This document shows, in pieces, positions 19,496 through 29,820 of a stretch of 64,000 bases of DNA. Source of the stretch: Acidobacteriota bacterium (lineage in GTDB: Bacteria; Acidobacteriota; Vicinamibacteria; Vicinamibacterales; SCN-69-37); the NCBI GenBank assembly GCA_005799825.1, contig SYFT01000088.1:3448-67447 (forward strand), read 5' to 3'. The notes under the pieces were generated by a model. It was not told the origin of the DNA, did not search any database, and worked only from the letters and a program-made list of their open reading frames with translations. How positions within the stretch are numbered: the stretch's first letter is position 1; each line of letters starts with the position of its first letter. The position numbers and the translations under genes were made by a program.

Positions 19496-21395
19496 GTTCC
19501 GGCAGGTTTCTAAACAGTTCCAGCGCTTCGGGGTTGGCGAGGGCCTCGCAGTTCGTGACCTCACGGCCGTGAATGACGTGTCTGACGGCAAGTTCCACCA
19601 GTTTTCCGCTTTTAGTACGCGGAAGGTCCGTGACCTGCACGATCTTTGCGGGCACGTGGCGCGGCGATGTGTTCGCGCGAATCTGCAAGGCGATCCGCTT
19701 CTGCAGCGCCTCATCAAGCACCGCCCCTTCCCGCAGGCGCACGAAGAAGACAATGCGCTCGTCGCCGTCCCACTGCTGGCCCACCGCCAGGCTTTCGACC
19801 ACCTCAGACATCCCTTCCACCTGCCGGTAAATCTCTGCCGTGCCGATACGCACGCCGCCGGGGTTTAATGTGGCGTCTGACCGGCCGTGGATGATGAATC
19901 CGTCGTGAACCGTACGCTCGGCCCAGTCGCCATGACACCACACTCCAGGGAAGCGTTCGAAATAGGCGGCGTGATACTTCGCCCCGTCGGCGTCATCCCA
20001 GAAGCCAACTGGCATCGACGGAAAGCTCGCCACGCACACGAGTTCACCCGGCTCACTCCGCACCGACTGCCCGACTGCACTCCAGACATCGACCGCCATG
20101 CCAAGTGCCGCGACCTGAATCTCTCCGCGCCACACCGGCGCGTTGGGCTCCCCACCCACGAAGCAGCTGACAATGTCCGTGCCGCCGGAGATCGAGGCCA
20201 GGTGCACATCGCGCTTGATCGCCGAGTAGACGAAATCGAAGCTCTCGGCCGCCAGCGGCGATCCGGTTGATGTGATCGTCCGCACCGTCGCGAGTGCGTG
20301 CGTCTCGACCGGACGCAGCCCGCTCTTGCGAACGGCATCGATGAACTTCGCCGACGTCCCGAACAGCGTCATGCCTGTGACATCGGCCAGATCGAACAAC
20401 CGTCGGCTGTCTGGAAAGAAAGGCGATCCGTCGTACAGCACGAGCGTGGCATCCGAGGCGAGCGCCGTGATCAGCCAGTTCCACATCATCCAACCGCAGG
20501 TCGTAAAATAGAAGACGCGGTCGCCCGGCTTGATGTCCGTCTGCAGCTGATGTTCCTTCAAGTGCTGGAGCAACGTGCCGCCGTGCCCATGCACGATGCA
20601 CTTGGGCACGCCGGTGGTTCCAGATGAATACAACACATACAGAGGGTGGTTAAATGGCACCTGCTCGAACTCAATGTCGGACGCCTGAAAGGGCGCAAGA
20701 AACGCGTCCCACTCTTCGAGAATGTGCACCACGGTGGTCACGCTCGGCAGCTTGGAGACGATCTCATGTAGGCGCGCTCGAATCTCGTGATGTTTGCCAC
20801 CGTAGTGATACCCGGATACGGCAAACAGCACGCGTGGTTCGATCTGGCCGAATCGATCGATCACACCCTGCACGCCGAAGTCCGGTGAACACGATGACCA
20901 GACCGCGCCGATCGATGCCGCAGCGAGCGCCGCCACCACGGCCTCAGGTACATTCGCCACCACGGCCGCTACGCGGTCGCCCTTCGTCACACCGGCCTGC
21001 CTCAACGCCTGCGCACAGCGCGACACGTCGTCGTACAACTGACGAGTGGTGATGCGCCGCTCGGTGCCGGGTTCGGTCACCGCCACAAGAGCGAGGCGGT
21101 CATCACGCCGACGTAGCAGATTTTCGGCAAAGTTGAGGCGCGCGTCCGGAAAGAACCGCGCGCCTGGCATCCTGCCGGCGTCGGCGACAGCGGTCTCGCC
21201 CTTCTCGCCAACCACTCTGCAGTAATCCCAGACCGCCGACCAGAATGCACCGCGCTCGGTCACCGACCACGCATGCAACGAGCCGTAGTCGCGAAACTCG
21301 CGCCCTTCACGCGGTTCAAGCCACTTCACAAACGCCGTGACGTTCGACCCAGCGATCCGTTCTGCCGACGGGGTCCATGAAGGGCCCATCGTCAC
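19485..21395 (-). CDS. Acetoacetyl-CoA synthetase (AMP-forming)
   Basis: 636 aa. N-terminus ...[37 protein letters not shown] and the [17 protein letters not shown]-binding motif are typical of acetoacetate-CoA ligases. GTGA overlap with the tyrA stop. Confidence 0.8.
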   Translation of the reverse strand: MTMGPSWTPSAERIAGSNVTAFVKWLEPREGREFRDYGSLHAWSVTERGAFWSAVWDYCRVVGEKGETAVADAGRMPGARFFPDARLNFAENLLRRRDDRLALVAVTEPGTERRITTRQLYDDVSRCAQALRQAGVTKGDRVAAVVANVPEAVVAALAAASIGAVWSSCSPDFGVQGVIDRFGQIEPRVLFAVSGYHYGGKHHEIRARLHEIVSKLPSVTTVVHILEEWDAFLAPFQASDIEFEQVPFNHPLYVLYSSGTTGVPKCIVHGHGGTLLQHLKEHQLQTDIKPGDRVFYFTTCGWMMWNWLITALASDATLVLYDGSPFFPDSRRLFDLADVTGMTLFGTSAKFIDAVRKSGLRPVETHALATVRTITSTGSPLAAESFDFVYSAIKRDVHLASISGGTDIVSCFVGGEPNAPVWRGEIQVAALGMAVDVWSAVGQSVRSEPGELVCVASFPSMPVGFWDDADGAKYHAAYFERFPGVWCHGDWAERTVHDGFIIHGRSDATLNPGGVRIGTAEIYRQVEGMSEVVESLAVGQQWDGDERIVFFVRLREGAVLDEALQKRIALQIRANTSPRHVPAKIVQVTDLPRTKSGKLVELAVRHVIHGREVTNCEALANPEALELFRNLPELSS

Positions 21396-22180
21396 GTCCG
21401 TGCCTTGAGCGTGGCAGCACGGTCGAAGATGTCGCGGACCATCGGAGTGCCCATCAGCGCGGCTGCAGACTCCGGGAGTTTCGCCGCAAGGGCCGTGAGC
21501 GCATCCGCAATACAGTCGGCGTTGGTTTCGACAATCCCGTCCCAGTCATTGGTTGACCTGGGGCTTGACTCGGGCGAGAACACGCCTGTGGCGGCTTTCA
21601 GGGACACCGACACCACATGCGGCGCGTGGCTCACATGGGCCATCACACGATCGTGCGTTACCGCATCGGTCCATTCGGCCCGGGCACCGAGCCCAACAAC
21701 GAACGTGGCGAGCATGGCTTCGCGGGCCTCGTCAGCGCGACCTGACGTCACGAGCAACCAGGGACGACCGTCAAACACGTCGGCACGCGCAGCGCCTAGA
21801 CCCGAGCCGCCGGCCGCGACCACGGGGTGGCCGCCGACAAACGCAAGGCGCGCTGCCGCAGCCGCGTCCATTACGGCGCGCTTGGTGCTGGCGACGTCCA
21901 TGACCAGCGCGCCACGAGAGGCGCGGGACACCTGCCCCATCACTCCGGAGACGGCCGGGATGGGGGTCGCAATGATGATGAGGTCGCACGTAGAAAGTTC
22001 CGCCGGAGTCGAGACCAGTGCGGCCACCAGCCCCTGCGTGACCGCCTCGTGGGTAATCGGCGCGGGGTCACACGCGGTGATTCTCACCGATGGCCATCGC
22101 CGCTTTGCCGCCAGCGCTATCGAACCGCCAATCGCGCCAAGGCCGATGACGCCAACCCGCTCGAAGGGAGAACGTTCCAC
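21392..22180 (-). CDS. tyrA: Prephenate/arogenate dehydrogenase
   Basis: 262 aa. Rossmann motif [17 protein letters not shown] and SHAPH motifs. Confidence 0.8.
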   Translation of the reverse strand: MERSPFERVGVIGLGAIGGSIALAAKRRWPSVRITACDPAPITHEAVTQGLVAALVSTPAELSTCDLIIIATPIPAVSGVMGQVSRASRGALVMDVASTKRAVMDAAAAARLAFVGGHPVVAAGGSGLGAARADVFDGRPWLLVTSGRADEAREAMLATFVVGLGARAEWTDAVTHDRVMAHVSHAPHVVSVSLKAATGVFSPESSPRSTNDWDGIVETNADCIADALTALAAKLPESAAALMGTPMVRDIFDRAATLKART

Positions 22181-22186
22181 GCGGTG

Positions 22187-23269
22187 CTAACGCCCCCAGC
22201 CCCTGCGTGCCACGGGTTCCACGCAGATGCTACGGCCGATCGCTGGAGCGATGATTCGCAGCTCGCCCATCAGTTGCTCGAACTGTTTGGGAAACAGTGA
22301 CTGTGCGCCGTCGGAGACGGCGTGATCGGGATCGCAATGGACCTCCACGAGGAGCCCATCAGCGCCGGCCGCCACGGACGCGCGCGCCATCGCCGCCACT
22401 TTGTCGCGCCGGCCTGTGCCGTGGCTCGGGTCTGAAATCACCGGCAGGTGGCTCAACTGCTGCACCACGGGAATCGCGGAGATATCCAGCGTATTTCGCG
22501 TGTAACTTTCGAACGTACGAATGCCCCGCTCGCACAGCATCACGTTCATATTGCCGCCCGAGAGGATGTACTCGGCCGACATCAGCCACTCTTCGATCGT
22601 GGCCGACATGCCGCGCTTGAGCAGCACCGGTGTGCGCACGCGGCCCAACTCGCGCAGCAGGGAGTAGTTCTGCATGTTGCGCGCGCCGACCTGCAGGATG
22701 TGCGCGAACTGCTCGACCACAGGGATTTGGGCAATCTCCATCACTTCAGTGATGAGCTTGAGGTCGTGACGATCGGCGGCTTCGCTTAGCATGCGCAGCC
22801 CCGTTTCACCAAGGCCCTGGAAACTGTACGGTGAACTCCGAGGCTTGAACGCGCCGCCGCGGAACACTTTGGCGCCCGCGCGCTTGACAGCCACGGCCGT
22901 CGCTTCGACCTGTTCCGGGGATTCAGCCGAACAGGGGCCCGCCATCACCACGACTTCGTCGCCGCCGATGCGGACATCACCGATCGTGATCACCGTGTTC
23001 TCGCGTTGGAACGACCGACTGGCCAGCTTGTAGGGCTCGCTGATGCGTAACACTTCATGCACACCGTCGCGCACGCCGATGAGCGCCGGATCCCCATGTC
23101 CCGCGCCCACAGCGCCGATCACGGTGCGATTGGCACCGGCCGCGCGATGGACGTCAAAGCCCATTTCATGTAACTGCGCCACGACGGCGTCCACCTGCGC
23201 TTGGGTGGCCCCTTCCTTCATGACGACAACCATGTCCTGCACCTCTGCGTTCGCCACCACAACCTTCAT
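22187..23269 (-). CDS. 3-deoxy-7-phosphoheptulonate (DAHP) synthase, type I-beta with N-terminal ferredoxin/ACT-like regulatory domain
   Basis: 360 aa. N-terminal [29 protein letters not shown]... domain followed by a KDO8PS-like barrel ([26 protein letters not shown]). Confidence 0.9.
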   Translation of the reverse strand: MKVVVANAEVQDMVVVMKEGATQAQVDAVVAQLHEMGFDVHRAAGANRTVIGAVGAGHGDPALIGVRDGVHEVLRISEPYKLASRSFQRENTVITIGDVRIGGDEVVVMAGPCSAESPEQVEATAVAVKRAGAKVFRGGAFKPRSSPYSFQGLGETGLRMLSEAADRHDLKLITEVMEIAQIPVVEQFAHILQVGARNMQNYSLLRELGRVRTPVLLKRGMSATIEEWLMSAEYILSGGNMNVMLCERGIRTFESYTRNTLDISAIPVVQQLSHLPVISDPSHGTGRRDKVAAMARASVAAGADGLLVEVHCDPDHAVSDGAQSLFPKQFEQLMGELRIIAPAIGRSICVEPVARRGWGR

Positions 23270-24069
23270 GGCATTCTACCCTTGAGCCAGCCCACGAACC
23301 GTTCGGCGTCGGTGGCCTCCTGTCCGGGGCTCGAGTCAGCAATGACCTGCACCAGTGCGCTGCCAACCACGGCGGCATCGGCGTACTGATACGCCTCGCG
23401 CACGTGCTCCGGCCTCCCGATTCCAAATCCCAGCGCCACCGGCAGGCCCGTGATCGCTCGAATCGCGTCCACGACCGGCCGCGCCGTGTGCGAGACCGCG
23501 TCGCGGGTGCCGGTGACTCCCAGCCTTGAGATGGCATACAGGAAGCCGCGCCCGAGCTCTGCCGCCCGGCGCAACCGCGGCTCGGCAGTCGTCGGACTGA
23601 TGAGGAAAATTTGGTCGAGCCCGGCGCGATCGAGCGCGGCGTGCATCTCATCGGATTCCTCGATCGGCAGGTCCAGCATCAACGCACCGTCCACGCCGGC
23701 GTCGGCGGCTGCGGCCACAAACGCGCCGGTGCCCATCCGCAGCACCGGATTGACGTAGGTGAACAGGACGATGGGCGTGTCGATATCGGCCCTGACGCGC
23801 CGCACCAGTTCGAGGGCCGACGTGAGCGACCCGCCCGCGGCGAGTGCGCGCTCTGACGCCCGCTGAATCACCGGCCCGTCGGCGATGGGATCGGAGAACG
23901 GCACACCAATTTCGATGACGTCCGCGCCGCCGCGCGCGATCGCGCGCACGATCTCGCACGAGGTGTCGAAGTTCGGGTCGCCGGCCGTGATGTACGCCAC
24001 AAGTCCCGGATCTCCGTTGTTCGCGAGTGGATCACGAAGGCGGGCAAAGGCTGCTGCAAGACGGCTCAT
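23266..24069 (-). CDS. trpA: Tryptophan synthase alpha chain
   Basis: 267 aa. [25 protein letters not shown] motifs. Confidence 0.95.
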   Translation of the reverse strand: MSRLAAAFARLRDPLANNGDPGLVAYITAGDPNFDTSCEIVRAIARGGADVIEIGVPFSDPIADGPVIQRASERALAAGGSLTSALELVRRVRADIDTPIVLFTYVNPVLRMGTGAFVAAAADAGVDGALMLDLPIEESDEMHAALDRAGLDQIFLISPTTAEPRLRRAAELGRGFLYAISRLGVTGTRDAVSHTARPVVDAIRAITGLPVALGFGIGRPEHVREAYQYADAAVVGSALVQVIADSSPGQEATDAERFVGWLKGRMP

Positions 24070-25310
24070 ACCGGCGTCCCGGTCACGGCCAGTCCAAGGC
24101 GCGCCCGTATGGAGTCCACATCCTTGTCTCCCCGGCCGGACACATTCACGAGCACAACATCACCAGCCTTGAACGTCTGCACGTGCCGCTGCACCCAGGC
24201 AATGGCATGTGAGGACTCCAGCGCCGGCAGGATGCCTTCGAGACGCGCAATCCACCCAAACCCGTCAAGCGCCGCGTCATCGTCTATCCAGTCGTAGCGC
24301 GTGCGCCCAATCGACGCGAGCCATGCGTGCTCGGGCCCCACTGAGGGGTAGTCGAGTCCGGCAGAAACCGAGTGTGTCGGCAGCACGTTGCCGTGTGTAT
24401 CCTGTAGGAGCAGGCTGCGGGTGCCGTGCAGTACGCCGGGTGCCCCACCGGCAAATCGCGCCGCATGTTCGCCATCGGCAATCGCGCGTCCTCCGGCTTC
24501 CACCCCCAGCAACTGCACGCTCGGGTCACCAATGAACGCATCAAAGATACCCATGGCGTTGCTGCCACCGCCGACGCACGCCACCACCAGGTCTGGCAAC
24601 CGCCCGGCGGCGTCGAGCATTTGTGCCCGCGCTTCGGCGCCAATCACGGACTGAAACTCCCGGACCATCAGTGGATACGGGTGCGGTCCCAGCACGGAGC
24701 CCAACACGTACGAGGTGGTGGCCACGTTGGCCACCCAATCGCGCATGGCTTCGTTGATCGCGTCCTTGAGCGTCTGGCTCCCCGCGTCCACCGACGTCAC
24801 CGTGGCACCCAGCATCTGCATCCGGAACACGTTGAGCGCCTGTCGCGCCATATCCTGTGCGCCCATGTAGACGATACACTCCAGACCGAGGAGCGCGCAG
24901 GCGGTGGCCGTTGCCACACCGTGTTGGCCCGCGCCGGTCTCGGCGACCACACGCGTCTTGCCCATCCGCCTGGCCAACAAGGCCTGTCCGATGGCGTTAT
25001 TGATCTTGTGCGCGCCCGTATGCGCCAGGTCTTCACGCTTCAGGAACAGGCGCACCCCGGTGCCGGCGGTCGCGTTTCGTGCCTCGTAAAGGGGCGTGGG
25101 CCTGCCGACGAAGGTCGCCAGCAGATGCTCGAGTTCCGCGACGAACTCCGGATCACGGCGCGCCTCGAAGTAGGCTGCGGTCAAGGCCTCAACCGGCGCG
25201 ACCAGGGTCTCAGGAATGAAACGGCCGCCGAACTCGCCGAAGTACCCCCGGCTATCGGGATCGCGTTTACCGAACAATGGCGATGGATTCACGTGAAGGC
25301 TTGAAGGCAT
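24066..25310 (-). CDS. trpB: Tryptophan synthase beta chain
   Basis: [39 protein letters not shown] motifs. Start trimmed to M75 of the track ORF (ATG at 25310), 10 nt after the trpF stop. Confidence 0.95.
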   Translation of the reverse strand: MPSSLHVNPSPLFGKRDPDSRGYFGEFGGRFIPETLVAPVEALTAAYFEARRDPEFVAELEHLLATFVGRPTPLYEARNATAGTGVRLFLKREDLAHTGAHKINNAIGQALLARRMGKTRVVAETGAGQHGVATATACALLGLECIVYMGAQDMARQALNVFRMQMLGATVTSVDAGSQTLKDAINEAMRDWVANVATTSYVLGSVLGPHPYPLMVREFQSVIGAEARAQMLDAAGRLPDLVVACVGGGSNAMGIFDAFIGDPSVQLLGVEAGGRAIADGEHAARFAGGAPGVLHGTRSLLLQDTHGNVLPTHSVSAGLDYPSVGPEHAWLASIGRTRYDWIDDDAALDGFGWIARLEGILPALESSHAIAWVQRHVQTFKAGDVVLVNVSGRGDKDVDSIRARLGLAVTGTPV

Positions 25311-25320
25311 GAAGATTCTT

Positions 25321-25938
25321 TCAGTCGGCACTGGCAACCAATGCCCGGATAAGCGCCGCGTCTTTGATACCAGGCGAGGATTCCACACCTGACGACACAT
25401 CGACGGCCCACGGCCCCACTTGGGCGATCGCCTGCCTGATGTTGTCGGGCCGAAGGCCACCTGCCAGAATGACGGGGCGGCGCGCGGCGAGGTCAGTAGC
25501 TCGCTCCCAGTCGGCGCGTTCGCCGGTGCCACCGCGACGCGCAGGATGGTAGGCGTCCACGAGGATGATCACCTCTTCCGGCAAAGCCCCAGCGCGGTCG
25601 ACAGCCGCGCCGCTGTCAAGTGACACCGCCTTAATCACGTCAATGCCCAGCGATAGAAATTGGAGTGGGTCTTCATCACCGTGCAGCTGCACGGCGCTCA
25701 GACCGGCCACATCGCGCAACCGCGCGACCTCATCCACCGGCGTATTGACCACCACGGCTACGCGTCTGACGTTGGACGGAACGTCGGCTACCAGTTCCCG
25801 AAGGTGGGCCGGTGTGATCGCGCGCGGACTCCCCGGCCAGCACACGAAGCCCACCGCCCACGCGCCCGCTGCCACTGCAGCGGCCACATCATCTTTTCGC
25901 GTGAGGCCACAGATTTTCACGCGCGTACTACCGGCCAT
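25321..25938 (-). CDS. trpF: Phosphoribosylanthranilate isomerase
   Basis: 205 aa. VKICGLT N-terminus and overall TrpF-like sequence, in trp operon context. Confidence 0.9.
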   Translation of the reverse strand: MAGSTRVKICGLTRKDDVAAAVAAGAWAVGFVCWPGSPRAITPAHLRELVADVPSNVRRVAVVVNTPVDEVARLRDVAGLSAVQLHGDEDPLQFLSLGIDVIKAVSLDSGAAVDRAGALPEEVIILVDAYHPARRGGTGERADWERATDLAARRPVILAGGLRPDNIRQAIAQVGPWAVDVSSGVESSPGIKDAALIRALVASAD

Positions 25939-26756
25939 CAGGCGTCTCCTTCAGCCGCGGCGACGAGCGCGGCAAGGGCCAGGCCTGGGTCTGGCGCAGT
26001 CATGAAGTGCTCACCGATGAGGAAGGCGTCATACCCCGTGCCCCTGAGACGCCGGATGTCGTCAGCCGATCGCAGTCCACTTTCGGCCACCGTCACGATG
26101 CCATCAGGAATCCTGCGGCGCAGTTCGTCGAAGACTCGCACATCCACATCGAGTGTCTTGAGATTGCGACTGTTGACACCGACGAGAGTCGCGCCCGCCA
26201 CCAACGCGGCTTCTAACTCCGGTATCGAATGGACTTCCACCAGTGCAGCCAGACCCTGCCGCGCCGACTCTGCCAAGAGCGCGTCTAGGCTGGCTCGATC
26301 GAGCGCAGCGGCGATGAGGAGGACGGCGTCGGCGCCGGTGGCACGCGCCTCAAGGATTTGAAACGGGGTCGAAATGAAGTCTTTGCGGAGCATGGGAATT
26401 TCCACGTGCTGCCGCACCTGCGCGAGGTGTAGGAGCGATCCGTCAAAGAAGGTGTTCTCGGTGATCACCGAGATTGCTGCGGCGCCGGCGGCGGCGTAAC
26501 CCTGAGCAATCGACACCGGGTCATAAGGTTCTCGAAGGACGCCGCGTGAGGGCGACCGGCGCTTGCATTCGGCGATCACACAGACCCTCGGCGCCTGAAG
26601 GCGCGCACGAAACTGGGCGCCGCGCGGGTGGCGCGTGGCCGCAACGCCGTGAACGGCCTGGCCGCCGATGCGCTCCCGAATGTCGGCCGAGCGCTTTGCC
26701 GCGGCCGTGATCGCGCCAAGCACGCCAGTGGCACCCATGCTCACTGCGGGGGTCAT
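25938..26756 (-). CDS. trpC: Indole-3-glycerol phosphate synthase
   Basis: IAECKRRSPSRG, ISVITE..FF.GS, RKDF motifs. Start trimmed to the ATG at 26756 (ATGA overlap with the trpD stop). Confidence 0.9.
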   Translation of the reverse strand: MTPAVSMGATGVLGAITAAAKRSADIRERIGGQAVHGVAATRHPRGAQFRARLQAPRVCVIAECKRRSPSRGVLREPYDPVSIAQGYAAAGAAAISVITENTFFDGSLLHLAQVRQHVEIPMLRKDFISTPFQILEARATGADAVLLIAAALDRASLDALLAESARQGLAALVEVHSIPELEAALVAGATLVGVNSRNLKTLDVDVRVFDELRRRIPDGIVTVAESGLRSADDIRRLRGTGYDAFLIGEHFMTAPDPGLALAALVAAAEGDA

Positions 26757-27763
26757 CGGGCGTACGCTTCCCGCAAGGCGGCAAGTGTGCGAGCCGACTG
26801 CCCTGAGTTGAGCGCCTCTCCTGCCATGACAATACCTTCCTGTATTGACGAGGCGATGCCCGCAATCAGCAGTCCGGCCCCGGCATTCAGGCACACAATG
26901 TCGCGGCGCGGACCTGTCGCACCAGCGCACAGGTCCGCTATCATCGTGGCGTTTTCTGCCGCGGTTCCCCCGGCGAGCGACGCCTTGTCCGCCACAGGCA
27001 GCCCGACGTCAGCCGGGTGCAGGTAAAACGTATGCACCATGCCGCGACGATACTCCGAGACTTTCGTGAAGCCGGTGGTGGACAGTTCGTCCAATCCGTC
27101 GGCTCCGTGCACCACCCAAGCGCGCTCTGCGCCCAGGCGTCCGAGCGTTCGAGCCATCAGCTCCGTGTGCTCGGGACGCGAGACCCCTACCAACTGCCGC
27201 TGGGCGCCGGCTGGATTCGTCAGCGGCCCCAACAGGTTGAATGCCGTTCGCACGCCCAACTCCCGACGAGTGGGCCCGGCATGTTTCATTGACGGGTGCC
27301 AGGCTGGCGCGAAGAAGAATGCGAGGCCCACATTCACGAGCGTCTCAACTACACACTCGGGTGAGGCTTCAAGAGCAACACCGAGCGCTTCGAAGACGTC
27401 GGCGCTGCCGCAGCGGCTCGACACCGCGCGGTTTCCGTGTTTCGCCACGCGCACGCCGCACGACGCCAGGACCACGGCCGCAGCCGTCGAGACGTTGAAT
27501 GTATGAGCGCCGTCTCCACCGGTACCGCAGGTGTCAAAGACGGCCCCCACTGGTGCCGGCAACGCAACCGCGCGGTCGCGCATGACGCGCGCGAACCCGA
27601 CCATCTCCGCAGGCCGTTCGCCTTTGAGCGCCAGCGCCATCAAAAGGCCCGCGATGTGTGCCGGCTGGGCCTGCCCGCACATGATCACGTCCATCGCGCG
27701 CGCGGCTTCATCAGGCGTGAGGTCCTCATGCCGACGCAACTTTTCGAGCAGGTCGACAAACAT
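26753..27763 (-). CDS. trpD: Anthranilate phosphoribosyltransferase
   Basis: 336 aa. CGTGGDG..TFNVST motif, KHGNRAVSS. Confidence 0.95.
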   Translation of the reverse strand: MFVDLLEKLRRHEDLTPDEAARAMDVIMCGQAQPAHIAGLLMALALKGERPAEMVGFARVMRDRAVALPAPVGAVFDTCGTGGDGAHTFNVSTAAAVVLASCGVRVAKHGNRAVSSRCGSADVFEALGVALEASPECVVETLVNVGLAFFFAPAWHPSMKHAGPTRRELGVRTAFNLLGPLTNPAGAQRQLVGVSRPEHTELMARTLGRLGAERAWVVHGADGLDELSTTGFTKVSEYRRGMVHTFYLHPADVGLPVADKASLAGGTAAENATMIADLCAGATGPRRDIVCLNAGAGLLIAGIASSIQEGIVMAGEALNSGQSARTLAALREAYAR

Positions 27764-28332
27764 TACCGATCCTCCAGAAAATTCCGAAGCAGCTGATGCC
27801 CGGCCGGCGTGAGCACCGACTCAGGGTGAAACTGCACACCATGCACCGGCCACGACGCGTGCCGCAGCCCCATCACGGTGTCCTCGTCCTCAACCCACGC
27901 CGACACCACAAACCCTGCAGGCACACCATCTCCTGGCACGACGAGCGAGTGATACCGGCCCGCTTCGAACGGCGATGCCACACCGGCAAACATACCGAGG
28001 CCGTCGTGTTGCACCATCGACGTCTTGCCGTGCATCGGCGTACCGGCGCGTTGCACTCCTCCGCCGAACGCGATTGAGAGCGCCTGGTGCCCCAGGCACA
28101 CGCCCAGCACCGGCATTCGGCCCGCGAAGCGCCGCAACGCGTCCACCGAGATGCCCGCGGTCTCGGGCCGTCCTGGCCCTGGTGAAATAACGAGGTGCGT
28201 GGGTCTGCGCGCGGCGATCTCATCGACGGTAATCGCGTCATTGCGCACCACCTCCACCTCGGCGCCGAGCTCTCCCAGGCGGTGAGCAAGGTTCCAGGTG
28301 AATGAGTCGTAGTTGTCGAGCAGTAACACCAT
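27763..28332 (-). CDS. trpG: Anthranilate synthase component II (glutamine amidotransferase)
   Basis: 189 aa. MVLLLDNYDSFTWNL, GVCLGHQ catalytic Cys motif, FHPES. Confidence 0.95.
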   Translation of the reverse strand: MVLLLDNYDSFTWNLAHRLGELGAEVEVVRNDAITVDEIAARRPTHLVISPGPGRPETAGISVDALRRFAGRMPVLGVCLGHQALSIAFGGGVQRAGTPMHGKTSMVQHDGLGMFAGVASPFEAGRYHSLVVPGDGVPAGFVVSAWVEDEDTVMGLRHASWPVHGVQFHPESVLTPAGHQLLRNFLEDR

Positions 28333-28341
28333 GTGGGCGAC

Positions 28342-29820
28342 CTACAGTCCCGTATCGGCCATTTCCAGGGCCTGAATGAGCGCACGGGCCTTGTCGCGCG
28401 TCTCCTGGAATTCGGCGGCCGGATCCGAATCGGCGACGATGCCGGCACCGGCCTGGACATGCGCCACGCCATCACTCATCGCGATAGTGCGAATGGCGAT
28501 GCAGAAATCGAGGTTACCGGCAAAATCCAGGTATCCCACAGCTCCACCGTACAATCCGCGCCGTGTTGGCTCGAGGCCGCCCAGAATCTGCATCGCGCGA
28601 ATCTTGGGTGCGCCGGTCACCGTGCCGGCCGGGAACGTGGCCACCAACGCATCGAGCCGATCGCAGTCAGCATCCAGCTGGCCATCCACGCGCGACACCA
28701 GATGCATCACGTGGGAGTAACGCTCAAGCGCCATGTACTGCGGCACACGGACACTGCCAACCTGACAGACACGCCCGAGATCGTTGCGACCCAGGTCCAC
28801 AAGCATCACATGCTCGGCACGCTCTTTCTCACTGCGTCGCAGTTCCTCGGCGAGCAACTGGTCTTCTTCCGGCGTCGCCCCGCGGCGCCGAGTACCCGCG
28901 ATAGGGTGGGTCTCGACGTGTGTGCCTTCCACGCGCACCAACATCTCTGGTGAGGCCCCGATGATCGACTGACCGCCTATGCGGATGAAGAACATGTAGG
29001 GCGATGGATTGACATGCCGGAGCGCGCGATAGACATCAAACGGTGACGCACTCGTGCGCGCGTCAAAGCGCTGCGAAATGACCGCCTGGTACACGTCGCC
29101 GGCGGCGATGTGCTCCTGGATTGTTCGCACGGACGCCTCAAACGCAGCCTGGGTCAGGTTGGCGTCGAGCACGAGAGGGGCCCCGTCGCGGCGCGCGCCT
29201 CGCGAAAGGTTGCGATCGAGTTCGCGTTCGAGAAAATTGATTTTCGCGACGGCGAAGTCGTAGAGGGACCGCAGGTCTTCACCCGGGCGCACCCGCGCAT
29301 TTGAGATCGCCAGGATGCGGTGTTTCACGTGGTCGAAGGCCAGCACCGTGTCGAACACCATGAACCCTGCCGCATCGCGGTCTGGGTCTTCCGCCTGTGC
29401 AGGCCGGGCCACGCTCGGCTCGAACCACTCCGCCGTGTCGTAGTCAAAGTAACCCACCGCGCCGCCCGTGAAACGCGGCAGGTCTGCCACTTTCGGCGAC
29501 GAAAACTCCGCCATCAGTTCGCGCAGCGTGACGACAAGCGGCTCTTCGCGCGCGGTGGTGGCGCCCGCCTGTTCGATCGTGGTCTGCCCGGCTCGGCCCC
29601 GCACCACGAGAAACGGGTCTTTGCCGAGGAACGAATACCGCCCGACGTGCTCACCGCCCTCCACGCTTTCGAGCAGGAACGCGTAGTCCGAGTGCTCGGC
29701 AATCTTCAGGAAGGCCGAGACCGGCGTGAGCAGGTCGGCCATGATCTCGCGCCACACGGGCACAAAGGTGCCCCGCTGCGCCAACGCAACAAATGCTTCA
29801 AACGATGTCTGTCTCATCAC
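28342..29820 (-). CDS. trpE: Anthranilate synthase component I
   Basis: 492 aa. Chorismate-binding domain (GTVTGAPKIRAM, GGAVGY). Confidence 0.95.
   Translation of the reverse strand: MMRQTSFEAFVALAQRGTFVPVWREIMADLLTPVSAFLKIAEHSDYAFLLESVEGGEHVGRYSFLGKDPFLVVRGRAGQTTIEQAGATTAREEPLVVTLRELMAEFSSPKVADLPRFTGGAVGYFDYDTAEWFEPSVARPAQAEDPDRDAAGFMVFDTVLAFDHVKHRILAISNARVRPGEDLRSLYDFAVAKINFLERELDRNLSRGARRDGAPLVLDANLTQAAFEASVRTIQEHIAAGDVYQAVISQRFDARTSASPFDVYRALRHVNPSPYMFFIRIGGQSIIGASPEMLVRVEGTHVETHPIAGTRRRGATPEEDQLLAEELRRSEKERAEHVMLVDLGRNDLGRVCQVGSVRVPQYMALERYSHVMHLVSRVDGQLDADCDRLDALVATFPAGTVTGAPKIRAMQILGGLEPTRRGLYGGAVGYLDFAGNLDFCIAIRTIAMSDGVAHVQAGAGIVADSDPAAEFQETRDKARALIQALEMADTGL

Noticed and set aside
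24066-25532. Long N-terminal extensions in the longest-ORF calls. Examples are trpB to 25532, trpC to 26930, aroD/E to 31482, PMM from 51045, ABC-F from 55081, the kinase from 58760, the PASTA gene from 45523 and the PKD-like gene from 18616.
   Set aside because: The extensions overlap the upstream gene or the leader region and carry no family sequence. In each case an internal ATG or GTG sits at or just after the upstream stop and matches the canonical N-terminus of the family. I used the trimmed starts.
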